From NCBI RefSeq assembly GCF_006345805.1, contig NC_043001.1, positions 4,526,001-4,590,000 of the forward strand: a DNA stretch of 64,000 nucleotides. The letters run 5' to 3'. Of the stretch, positions 1-11,799 are shown in pieces. A program made the position numbers and the translations under genes. This DNA is from Octopus sinensis. Lineage: Eukaryota. Under the pieces are notes generated by a model. That model had not been told where the DNA came from and did not search any database. It saw only the letters and a list, made by a program, of their open reading frames with translations. Positions within the stretch are counted from its first letter, which is position 1, and each line of letters begins with the position of its first letter.

Positions 1-1673
1 GCATATATATACATTCATATTTATACACATATATATATATATATCGTTTACATTTTCACGTCATATATCGGAAATTCTTATTGTGGAATTTGTATTTTTT
101 CAAAGGCATTATCTCTATTCTTCCCTCTTGAGAGAGATGGAAAAATAAAGCAGATATGACATAGATAGGTTTTTGAAAGGCAGAAACTGAAGCCATTTTA
201 TCTGCTATCAATGGCAGCTGTGCTGGAGAAACTTGTGTCAGTTGGTACAAACGGATGATATTATTAGATTTAAAAAGAACTGGTCTACATATTGTTTGAG
301 AGAAGTTCGATTACCAATTCCTTTGTTTGTTTTACGTGTTGTTATAAATGCAAGAAAATATATTACTGAGAACGAAATAACTCTAGCCAACGATACGTTA
401 ATAATTCAATTCCCTTATTGGCTTAATCAATCAAAGCTAAATTCATTTCAATCATTTCTTTTTCTTTGTGACTTATATTTGGTTTATTTATATATTCGAT
501 TATTTAGACTTTGTTTTACGAAGATTCTCATAAAAAAATATACACAAAAAACATCACAACTGTATTGATATTGGTTTTGATAATGTATTTTTCTATTCGC
601 TCTTTAGTAAATGAATATAAATTATTAAACAATAACTTTAAGTCGTGTTAGGAAGAAGATTTTAAATAGAATCATAACTCAGTACGAAGGATTAGAGTAA
701 GCGAGAGTTCATACGGTTTAAACAGAACTGGAAATGCCTTGCCAAGATGCACCGATCAAGAAAGAGAACACGGGTTTATTGATAAATGGCTTGGTTTCAT
801 ATTCACCACCTTATATAGGGACTGCAAAAATGTATACTTTTAATGTTGATCGACTTCCTGTAAGCAACAGTCGAATATTTTAGAATGTATAATGAAAATG
901 TAGATAAACTCGACACGGAAAAGAAAACTTAAACGCAGATCATGTCATTATGACTTACAAAAAAAAACTGTGATAGAGCTAAAAATGATATCATAGCCGT
1001 AACTGCGTATCATTTGCATATTATAAAACCAGCATATTAACTTGCTTTCGTATGTTTTCAGACAAAATGATGAATATTCTGTATCAGCATAGACATTATC
1101 CGATAGAATATAATTATTATCATTCAGTCAACGTAGATGTAGTATTACATTTTACTATTCTGGACAGTTTCATGAGGCTAAAGCTGTTCACTTACATGGT
1201 TCGATACCGTCAGAATCGAATGCGATCAATTATGATTTTCTTTGCATAATGACATCATCGTTATATATTTCTTCGATCCTGGACATTAAAAACAACTGAA
1301 TAAATATAACATAAGTACAGGAATTGGATCTTTATATGTTGTTTAAGTCGGAAGGAAAATCAGAGCGAACTGCCATAAAAAATGGTGGGAAGGAAAGCAT
1401 CTTCGCATCGCCAGCCTTGTCCAAGTTTTGAAATAGAGGGGAAAATTAATTAAGATATTGTCGTTCTTTCGTCGACTCCGAAAATAAAGGGGGTATATAG
1501 GCGTAGGAGTGGCTGTGTGGTGAGTAGCATGCTTAACAAACTACGTGGTTCTGGGTTAAGTCCCACTGCATGGAACTTCAGGCAAGTGTTTTCTACTATA
1601 GCTTCGGGCCGACCAAAACCTTGAGAGTGAATTTGGTAGACGGAAACTGAGAGAAGTTCGTCGTATATATATA

Positions 1674-1716
<43 letters not shown>

Positions 1717-2826
1717 GAGTTGGGGCCAAAATATTCAGAATGGCATTGTTTCCGTCAGAAAAGTAAGTATAAGTGTTTATCAAAGTTATTTTATATTCTA
1801 TAATTTTCACAGACAATACATACGATATTATTGGTTATTGTCTGCGATTTTGAGAGGATAATACAAAACTTATGGATGATTTAGTGATTTACTGCAAAGC
1901 CAATGGCGGCCAAAATGACCAGAACGGTTGAAAATATAACAAAATAATCCAAAATGACAGAGAATACTGGAATTATCTAATATTTAGTGTGAGGGCCTTT
2001 AGATTCAATCACACTTTGACATCTTCGACTGCATGAGGAAATTAAATTTTGAATTTCTTGCTGGGTGATCTTATTCTATTCTTCCTGAAGGGCATTCCAT
2101 AATTCCTCGGTTGTTTTAGGATTTCTGGCTTTCGAAAGTTCTCCTAGAATATTCGACACATTTTCAATAGGATTGAGATCTGGGCTTTGAGCAGGCCAAT
2201 CCATAACAATAACCTTTTCAGCCTTGAGGAAGTTCATGATCACCTTAGACTTGTGCAATGGGGCATTGTCCTGCATGAATATGGGTGGTCGCTTAGTTGA
2301 ATTTCTCAGCACAGGCAAAGCATGATCTTTTACAAGTTGTTTATAAACTCCTGCCTTTACTTTTCCATGCAATCGCACCAAAGGGCCCCACACAATCTCC
2401 AGATAGCATCCCCCAAACCATGACACTTCTTCCACCGAATTTAACACCAGTCTTAAGGCATTTAGGCGACAATTTTTCACCTACATTTCGACGAACGTAC
2501 CTTTTCTCATCTGAGCCAAATAACATAAACTTAGATTCATCACTGAAATGCACCGTTTTCCATTTTTCTTGAGACCACAACACATTTTCGGTTGCAAAGG
2601 TCAGATGGCACTTTTTTATTCTTGGAGCTGATCAGTGGCTTCACTGCAGGTGCTCTTGCTTCTAGGCCTTGTTCAATTAAACGACGAGACACAGTTTTTC
2701 TCAGACAATAACAAATAATATCGTATTTATTGTCTGTGAAAATTATAGAATATAAAATATCTTTGATAAAAAATTATATCTACTTTTCTGACGAAAACAA
2801 TACCGTTCTAAACATTTTGGCCGCAA

Positions 2827-2829
<3 letters not shown>
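1717..2829 (-). mobile_element. Tc1-family DNA transposon, internally deleted, 128-bp TIRs
   Basis: TIRs 1717-1844 and 2702-2829 (gagttggggccaaaatattcagaa / rc cagttgcggccaaaatgtttagaa), flanked by TA at both ends. Confidence 0.92.
2076..2698 (-). pseudogene. Tc1 transposase remnant (DD34E), N-terminus deleted, frameshifted
   Basis: Motifs WKTVHFSDESKF, KFGGRSVMVWG, FMQDNAPLH and WPAQSPDLNPIE across ORFs 2341-2583 and 2076-2480; 34 residues counted between the second D and the E. Confidence 0.92.
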
Positions 2830-2871
<42 letters not shown>

Positions 2872-5360
2872 GGCGGGGTGTATATTATTGTGTCTATGTT
2901 TTTACCCCCAACATCGCTGGAAAACTGATGGTGATGTGTTTATGTCTCCGTGACTTAGAGGTTCGGCAAAAGGTACCGATAGAATAAGTACTAGGCTTAC
3001 AAATAACTGAAATGACTGAAACAAGTAAAAGGACAACGAAAAAAGAATATCTAATATTTGTATCAGAAATGATATTATAGAAAGTAAGCTAGAGAAACTG
3101 CAAAACTTCCGACAGGTGAAACTGCCATACTCTCGACCAGGTAATTTGTCATTTTACTCTCTGTAATACAAAAAATAACAGTTAGGAAGTCTATGTTTTC
3201 TACTGTCATCATTTAACTAATTACTAGTTAGAGACACACGCGTTGTAAAGGAATGTCGGTCTTCTGATTGAAAGCTATTGAAGTTTACAGATATGACAAG
3301 TACTGTAATAGCTGAACGCTTCATCTCTGCTTGTTGAAATTTTCTCAGAACTTCATCGCCAAATATTGCATCATTTGATGTGACTGCGTCTCATGAAGGC
3401 AAATTGGTATTATTACTGAATATATTACGATTCTGTGATGGCATCTGTTGGAATAATTATTCAGCGACTGGTTTAAATATGTCATTGGTCAATGACATTT
3501 AGATATCTCACTAATTTATAATGCATACATTAAACATGTTATCTAGAAAATTTGAATGTCTGTTAATAGTATTATTCTCTGTTTTTTGTCTATTGGTAAA
3601 AATGGATACACACACATAGACACACATCTATCGACCAGTTGATCAATCTATCCATGTACACAAACACACACATACACACAAACGCACACATACAGACAAG
3701 CGCGCACACATACACACACGCGAGCCCCCACACACATATATACATAAAAGAATGAACTGAAAGAATGGATTATCAGATACAGGTACAACTGTTTCCTTAA
3801 GAGTCTTTGAATATACACGTGGCACAGTCAGAAATGCGCTATCTACAACATGCATTGCAGCACATAATGTGCCATGCACCTCTCATCTCATCAGGTTTAC
3901 CTTTTATACAACTAGCGACATCTTGATCCTTCAATAGACCATTAACAAGGGAAATTTCTAAATTACTAACATCTAAAAAACGTAAACTGACTGGGAATAC
4001 ACGATGCCAATTACTTGCATGGGTAGAAAATTGGGGTTGCAACTTGAAGTATCGCTAAAAGACATATCCATTTTTAAAACGTCATTAAAGTTGGTGCTGT
4101 CGTACATAAAGCGTGGTTTTGGTAAAATTGTATACCGCAGGTCGTCAGTGCTATGCACAGCATTGGACACTACTAAAATATTTGTGACTATTCTTCAATT
4201 TGCAGTCAGATTTTTCTAACAATCCCGGTGATTTATTGACAGTAGCGCCACCCGCTTTATATTTTTGTTAAATGTTGGTAATACTGCTCTGATATTTCGC
4301 CTGCTGGTGACGTGTTGATTTAACAACACGTATCTACTTGCTCTTATGTATAGTAAGCCCGATGATTTGGGGTCTGAATTATGTGTGATACAATCTTACG
4401 TTGGTAGTGCACATTGCAAATATAACTGGAGCTTATTTACATAATACTAACGACATTTAATGGCACAATTTTAACAGCAGCCATTCGCGTTTTTGTATTG
4501 GTTTTATTTTTTACGTCACACTTAAGATTTCATTCGTCATTGTATTCTTTGTTATATTATAGGAGTTGTGAATTACCAAATAACGGTTACTGTCTCTTCA
4601 TTGAGATACATTCAAGGCTATGACCATGTTAGATTTAATTGATTGAGTGCAGCCGTTCACTTTAATACACACCTCGCTCCCTTCTGGATCTCATTTAAAG
4701 AAATGTCTCCCGTCATCTCTCTCTTCTTCGCAGTATATATGTGAGAGAGAGATAGAGATAGAAAGGGAAAGAGATAGAAAGGGAGAGAGAGAATGAGGAA
4801 TATAGTGAGAGAAAAACAGAAGCGCGTAGTGCATAGCGCTTATATTATGATTTGTAAACATTGTCTGGAAGTGTAAGCGGCAGGAATGAACGAAAGATGA
4901 GTGCATTCATATATTTTGGATGATTTTTCTGTCTCTTCCACATTCATTTTTCGCTGTGTTACCGAATATAACGAGATAATTCACCGATAAGATATTTGTT
5001 GTAGGAAGTGCTCAATCTTAAACTGAAAATAACTTACGTTTGACTGTTGAGTCTGGCGTTTACCGTTTCCTCCTGAGTCACATGGTCGTTTCTAAAACAC
5101 TTTCGGTAAAATGTGATTTTGAAAAAGGTAGCGAATTATGTCGTGACTCTTTCTCCAGTACTTACCGAATGCTGCCAAAAAATATTTTCTCATTATGAAT
5201 TAACATCTGTTTCATTCTACTTTTGATAATTGGCTAAATACCTGCCATTGAAACTTGCGTTTCTCGTAATGCATTCTTCATAATAATTTGGTTCGTAATG
5301 AAATGTCCAAAAACTAGTTAAACTGAAAATGTATTGAACAGATATTTATTTTTTTATTGC

Positions 5361-5491
5361 CAACAGGTGGCTAAGCAGAGGGGACAAACAAAGTGTTTAA
5401 GTCGATTATTTAGACCCCAGTACGTAACTGGTACTTATTTAATCGACCCCAAAAGGATGAAAAGCAAAGTGGATCTCGGAAGAAAATTGAA
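5361..5491 (-). mobile_element. SINE family B fragment
   Basis: Degenerate match to the body of the 59043-59279 copy (gaccccagtacgtaactggtacttatttaatcgacccc). Confidence 0.7.
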
Positions 5492-6415
5492 TAAATATTC
5501 GTGATAATACAACCGAATAAATTTTAGAAATATTCAAAATAATTAATTACACAGAAACATAATTTTAAAAAAATATTCATATGAAACAATGTTTTTTTTT
5601 TTCGTTAAAATTTTATATTACATATCAGCAATTCAAAATGTAGGTGCCGATAATTACTAAATATTTTCCTCTCCAGTGCATATAAAAGGTTTTGCTTTGT
5701 TGCTTCAAATCTGTTGGTTACCTTTGAATTTGCTAATGTATAAATGATGCAAACTGATTCACGATAATATTTAAAGAAAACGTGCTTTGACTAATCACAT
5801 CTATAGTCAAATGTAGTTCAACCACGGCCACACCAAACTCTTCTCTTTCAACATGCTCCCGAGTTATGTGTGGATGCTTACTCTTGATAGCAGACAGAAC
5901 AATTATATAGAAGAACTGCCGCTGCTTCGTTACATAACCCTAATTAATACCTGATACGAGTGAATGTCCTTTATTCTGCAATTAGGCATTATAATTTATT
6001 TCCACGTTCAAAGCTCATAAATTATAACCGGTGTTTATGATATAAAATATAGAGAAGTGACTAGCAAAATATTTATGAAATCAAATTTAAAATGATTAGT
6101 GTGATTTTGTAAGAGTTACTGGGAAAGAAATGTAATCAAAATTAATCTTGAAGCATATATTTATTTTTTGATTGAAACTGCATTAGCATTCACCTCCTGA
6201 AAATGATTAAATCCTGGATGTGATGAATCCACAATCATATTCTACTCATTTCGTATATGCAAAAGTGCATTATGCTAATTTATCAATTTATGATAATCCA
6301 AAGATTTTATTGATCACTGTCTCCTCCATATTCTAAATATTGCGTTGTCAAATAAATTCGTTCGTTTTGAATTTCCATTCTTATTTCTCCAGAAATTTTA
6401 TGAAATTTCAGCATA

Positions 6416-6580
6416 GGCGCAGCAGTGGGTGTCTGGTAAGTAGTTTGATTACCAACCACATGGTTCCAGGTTTAGTCCCACTGCGTGGCACCTTGGGCAA
6501 GTGTCTTCTACTATAGCCTCGGACCGACCAAAGCCTTGTTAGTGGATTTGGTAGACAGAAACTGAAAGAAGCCCGTCGTA

Positions 6581-6620
<40 letters not shown>

Positions 6621-7028
6621 TGTGTGTGTTTGTGTGTCTGTGTTTGTCCCCCTAGCATTGCATGACAACCGATGCTGGTGTGTTGATAGAACCAGCGGTA
6701 CTTTGGCGCGAAATCCTGATTAATAGCTAAGATTATATTATTGATTGATCTGTCTCTCTTTACTCTTTTACTCTTTTATTTGTTTCAGTCATTTGACTGC
6801 GGCCATGCTGGAGCACCGCCTTTAATCGAGCAACGCGACCCCGAGACTTATTCTTTGTAAGCCCAGTACTTATTCTATCGTAACTTAGCGGTTCCGCAAA
6901 ACAGACCGATAGAATAAGTACTGGGCTTACAAAGAATAAGTCTCGGGGTCGCGTTGCTCGATTAAAGGCGGTGCTCCAGCATGGCCGCAGTCAAATGACT
7001 GAAACAAATAAAAGAGTAAAAGAGTAAA
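6416..7028 (+). mobile_element. SINE family A copy carrying an internal inverted duplication
   Basis: Head ggcgcagcagtgggtgtctggtaagtag...ggtttagtcccactgcg, internal microsatellite, (aaaagagt)n tail. Confidence 0.88.
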
Positions 7029-7104
7029 GAGAGACAGATCAATCAATAATATAATCTTAGCTATTAATCAGGATTTCGCGCCAAAGTACTGCTGGTTCTA
7101 TCAA
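6683..7104. repeat. 198-bp inverted repeat with 26-bp spacer
   Basis: 6683-6880 is the reverse complement of 6907-7104 with one mismatch. Confidence 0.97.
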
Positions 7105-8979
7105 TTGCTTTCTAGATATTGTCCGGTCTTGGCTCGAAGAATTCATCCATCGAAATTGAACAAAACTTCACATAGGCTGTTGTAGAGTTACTGAATAAAT
7201 AATGATCTAAAAGCTCTCTACCAGCAGAAAACAGTGAAGTCAAACTTGAGTTGGCCGGAATAGAGTGAGCAAACACGGCACATAAAAATGCTGGGGTTCA
7301 TAAGTTTTGCTTTATATACGTACCACGTCTGCCGAACATATACATAGTGTGAATGTGAAATTTATTGAAATTTCGAAAACGATAAACATATATTGCAGAG
7401 GAAGGTCAGAATTACTGTAAAACACTACGATAAAATAATTTGACTTCTTTTAAATTACATTAGAAAGAAACGAACGGATTTATCCGGCAATCTAATATGT
7501 GTGACTCGAAATTAATTGCGAGTTGGTCAGAAATATTTGATCTCTGAAAGAAGTGACGTAAAATTGAATTTTATGGCTGCGTTTTATGAAAGTTCAAAAT
7601 GCCAAGAATGTTAACACACTTTTTTTTCTGTTTTGCTAATTAGCAAAACTGATTATTTTTTCTAAATTAATTCTTCTTTTAAATTTTCTTCTCTCTTCCG
7701 TTGTGTATGCTAATTTTAGTATATGTATTTCAGAATATTGTTTTGTGTTGATAATTTCATTACACTCAAAGAATACGTTCTGGGAAGCTCTTTTGAGTTT
7801 GATGATGTAGGGTTTCATGTAGTGTAGTGTTTGAGCGTGTTGATGATGAAAGATACAAAAGGGAGATGGTCTACCAAGAGATATTCCATCACACAATGAG
7901 AATAGGTGCAATCTCTAGTGTCTAGATAAAACCTGGTTGATGCTAAATTGTGAAAGAGGAGAGCGAAATAATAACGTGCATCGTTTGCATGTGGGAGGGA
8001 GCTGATAGGTAGGAAGTTGGATATTGGGATTAGACAAAGAAGAAAGTCAGGGATAATCTGGATCACAGATTCATACAGGATGCCATTGTGTAGGGAAAAG
8101 AAAGTTCTTCATGAACATCGAAATGGATTCGCGATCTGAAAACAAGTAGATAATTGCTCAGTAGGTGAAGTACATGAATAGGAAAGACATGGCTGCTAGT
8201 TAATCTGATGCTTTAAATGTCTCTAAAGTTAAGAGACCGAGTTGGGTAGAACAGACGAGTGCTTCAGTGTGTTGAGATTTAGGAATGCCGGCCTTTTGGT
8301 CCCAGAGAACAAAGCATGATAGAGAGGGAGGGACAAAATATGCAGAAGATTCAAGATACTGCAGCACATATTTATTACTGTGCGTGTATTTTAGTTTTGG
8401 CAAATTGGAAATGAGTGGACAAACATAATTGCTGTTAGGATTTGGGTCTTTCTCTTGGTTGTAAGAAGCCCAAATTCCCGCAAGATTTCAAATACCAGGC
8501 TATATATCTGTAGAAAAAAACAAATGGAAATGTTAATGTGTACGATGCAGATTTTAGGCGTTTAAACCTTAATTTAGTTGAAGTGATATATTGTCGAGTT
8601 TGTCGTAGATATTGGTTTAAATAAATGAGAGATATTTTGATATTCGTGTTTCTGCAAGTTAAGGCGGCATTAGAGTTGCATGTAGATCAAATATGCATGT
8701 GAAGAAGTCAGAAGGTGAGAAAGATCTTTACACTTCTCTGCACAGAATTGTCACAGTTGAAACGTAAGGAAAAGGGGATTCTGTAAATTTCGTTGACATT
8801 ATTTTTCAGAAAACCAGAATGATAGGTTACAGAATGGGTAGCATAAATACGTTTTGTATTTCAGGGATCGGTCATGCAAGAGTTATATCGTTGGCTGTGA
8901 AATCACCACCCAGCATTTGGGAGAAATCTTTTAAGCGAACTGACTCTAGATAATATACATAGAGTTACATTTATGTCTC

Positions 8980-9563
8980 TCTTGCCCACAGGAGGCTAAA
9001 CACAGTGAGGATAAAAAAGGACAGACAAACGGATTATGTCGATTACATCGACCCCAGTGCGTAACTGGTACTTATTTAATCGATCCCGAAAGCATGAAAA
9101 GCAAAGTCGACCTCGGCGCAATTTGAACTCAGAACGTAACGGCAGACGAAATATCTGTTTCTTTATTATCCACAAGGGGCTAAACATAGAGTGGATAAAC
9201 AAGGGCAGACAAACGGATTAAGTCGACTACATCGACCCCAGTGCGTAACTGGTTTTTAATTTATCGACCCGGAAATGATGAAAGGCAGAGTCGACCTCGG
9301 CGGAATTTGAACTCAGAACGTAACAGCAGACGAAATACCCATTTCTTTACTACCCACAAGTGGCTAAACATAGAGGGGACAAACAAGGAGAGACAAATCG
9401 ATTAAGTCGATTATATCGACGCCAGTGCATTACTGGTACTCGTTTAATCGACCCCGAAGGGTAAAAAGCAAAGTCGACCTCGGCGGAATTTGAACTCAGA
9501 ACGTAACGGCAGACGAAATACCGCTAAGCATTTCGCCCGGCATGCTTACATTTCTGCCAACTC
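8980..9563 (-). mobile_element. SINE family B, head-to-tail trimer (period about 185 bp)
   Basis: Three units of ggctaaac...gacccc agtgcgtaactgg...gtcgacctcggcggaatttgaactcagaacgtaac; only the rightmost unit has the complete tRNA-like head. Confidence 0.9.
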
Positions 9564-10184
9564 TAATGTACTTAGCGCTATATTGTTACGGTCGTACACG
9601 CCATGTATATCCAATGACATGTGTGGCGTATAATATGAACACGTGCACTGCGTACGCATACAGAAACACTAATAGAAACACATACACACATTCGCACACA
9701 CACATATACGTACATGTATATATATGTATGATATACATGGACACACATTCATACATACACACACACTCACACATATCGGAAATGTGTGTGTGTGTTTGTC
9801 TGTGTGTGAGTGAGTTTCATACACATTTCTAAATAAACTTCGTATATACACAAATTGATAGCAGTGTAAATAATTCCGTGGGACATATAACAATTTGTTA
9901 AGTCGATGATAGTTTGGTGGGTTGTAGACATGACACCTACAAAAAGGGATGACTTGTTTGACTAATAAAGGATGTACCTCAAAGAAATATGAATTCCCTT
10001 TTACCTAATACTGTCATGTGCCATACATTTAACACTCATGGTGTGACACGAAGTCGAAAAGACTCACAAGAAAGATCACTTTTGAAGAGTAAGAAATCTA
10101 CAACTGTCATGCATTTGCCAGCAATAATGTAGATGATTTTCATTTAACATATTTATGCATTGTGATGTATATATATATATATAA

Positions 10185-10563
10185 GTGGAGGCGCAATGGC
10201 CCAGTGGTTAGGGCAGCGGACTCGCGGTCATAGGATCGCAGTTTCGATTCCCAGACCGGGCGTTGTGAGTGTTTATTGAGCGAAAACACCTAAAGCTCCA
10301 CGAGGCTCCGGCAGGGGATGGTGGTGATCCCTGCTGTACTCTTTCACCACAACTTTCTCTCACTCTTCTGTTGTACCTGTATTTCAAAGGGCCGGCCTTG
10401 TCACTCTCTGTGTCACGCTGAACAATCCCCGAGAACTGCGTTAAGGGTACACGTGCCTGTGGAGTGCTCAGCCACTTACACGTTAATTTCACGAGCAGGC
10501 TGTTCCGTTGATTCGGATCAACCGGAGCCCTCGTCGTCGTAACCGACGGAGTGCTTCCATTCC

Positions 10564-10565
<2 letters not shown>
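10185..10565 (+). mobile_element. tRNA-headed SINE, family C (GC-rich, TTCCA tail)
   Basis: ggaggcgcaatggcccagtggttagggcagcggactcgcgg...gtttcgattccc carries A and B boxes; CpG-rich body; ends gtgcttccattcca; inserted in (TA)n. Confidence 0.85.
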
Positions 10566-10630
<65 letters not shown>

Positions 10631-10635
<5 letters not shown>

Positions 10636-11058
10636 CAATTAAGGAACGGCCATAATAGGCCATTCACCCACCAGAAATAACAGCCAAAGCTTCTACCGCA
10701 AATAAAGATTAATTCCGTAAACAGGAGAAATTAAAAAAACATTTACCCTGTAATTTCTTGTACGGTATACCGTTTCATCCTCTGTTTAATGGTAAACTAA
10801 CCTGATTAATTAAATCAAGCCAATCCTCCATAAGCCCTCGGATTCTTCAGCAAGAAATAGCTCAAGTCGGGACAGATATATACACGAGGCATACCCAATC
10901 TTGCCAAGTCAATATCTGACCTAAAATTTTCAAATCGTCGCACTCGCGCCAAATTTATCGGCAGCAAATAGATTAATTAATCTTTATTTGCGGTAGAAGC
11001 TTTGGCTGTTATTTCTGGTGGGTGAATGGCCTATTATGGCCGTTCCTTAATTGTTAAT
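10631..11058 (-). mobile_element. PLE terminal-repeat fragment with inverted 84-bp arms
   Basis: 10631-10714 is the reverse complement of 10975-11058; the spacer contains a hammerhead; the left arm abuts (TA)n. Confidence 0.75.
10755..10856 (-). ncRNA. Type I hammerhead ribozyme motif, intact core
   Basis: uucuug-CUGAAGA-AUCC[59 nt]GGAU-GAAA-CGGUAUACCG-UA-caagaa: 6-bp stem I, 4-bp stem II base, palindromic stem III, GUA cleavage triplet. Confidence 0.85.
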
Positions 11059-11190
11059 GTTGAACTTAAAAATGGTCTATGACTATTTAATTTTTTCCCG
11101 CTGGGCCGCTGGTGGCAATAAAATTCTACAAAATTTTCCTTGCCACCCTATATTGATTAATTATATATATTATATATATATATATATATA

Positions 11191-11246
<56 letters not shown>

Positions 11247-11257
11247 TATATATATAT

Positions 11258-11412
11258 TTTTTCTCTCCTTCTTTTTTCTGTGTTCCTTTCTGTAGAAGAG
11301 TGTAGGCTCGAAACGTAAAAGACATTTTCAATTCCAGAGCGTTATACTAATACATCTGTTTGTTTTCTACACCACCTGTCTTCATCTTTTATTTTTTTTT
11401 CTGAATTATCCC
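11258..11412 (+). mobile_element. Short PLE-type repeat H1 with hammerhead-like motif (11286-11321)
   Basis: cuuu-CUGUAGAA-GAGU guag GCUC-GAAA-CG-UA-aaag; family shared with 33330-33492 and 36850-37030; (TA)n on both sides. Confidence 0.7.
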
Positions 11413-11454
11413 TATAGATATATATATATATATATAACATATATATATATATAT

Positions 11455-11648
11455 GGTGAGCACAGCCAGCAATTTTTTTTCCTCTCTTCCCTTCTCGGGA
11501 TCTTTCCTTTTCCTTTTTTTCCGACGAAGAGCTCCGCTCGAAACGTTAAACCCTCCTTCCCTTCTTTTCTGAGCGTCCAATAATACTTTATTTGTTCCAC
11601 GTCCTCGCGTTGCTGTGTTTTTTTTTGTTTTCTTGTTTGGATTAACTA
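11455..11648 (+). mobile_element. Short PLE-type repeat H2 with hammerhead-like motif (11517-11551)
   Basis: uuu-CCGACGAA-GAGC ucc GCUC-GAAA-CG-UU-aaa; same family as 62141-62345. Confidence 0.7.
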
Positions 11649-11799
11649 TATATATATATATATTAGTGTACATTTCTATATCTAGATTAACGTCAATAAC
11701 CGAACGTTCGATGGCGAGAGGACGAACGAACAGAACGGCGGCGTCTGACGGCGGGTGTGTGAGAGTGAAGCTGCCGAAGCGCGAGGCGTGCAACGACGT

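Larger units (their letters stand above)
1500..3032 (+). mobile_element. tRNA-headed SINE, family A (internal (TA)n/(TG)n), split by a nested Tc1
   Basis: Head 1500-1664 has A-box-like TGGCTGTGTGGT and a B-box-like segment; the body resumes after 2830 (...gaggttcggcaaaaggtaccgatagaataagtactagg...aatgactgaaacaagtaaaag). It matches copies at 6416, 33043, 49667 and 50283. Confidence 0.85.

Noticed and set aside
7740-8520. Possible decayed retroelement RT on the minus strand
   Set aside because: Candidate motifs are at the wrong spacing; not supportable.
8980-9563. CRISPR-like or satellite array
   Set aside because: Units are whole SINE bodies without unique spacers; eukaryotic context.
10187-10260. 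tRNA gene call for SINE heads (also 1500, 6416, 59043)
   Set aside because: A and B boxes are present, but there is no complete cloverleaf and each continues into a repeat body.
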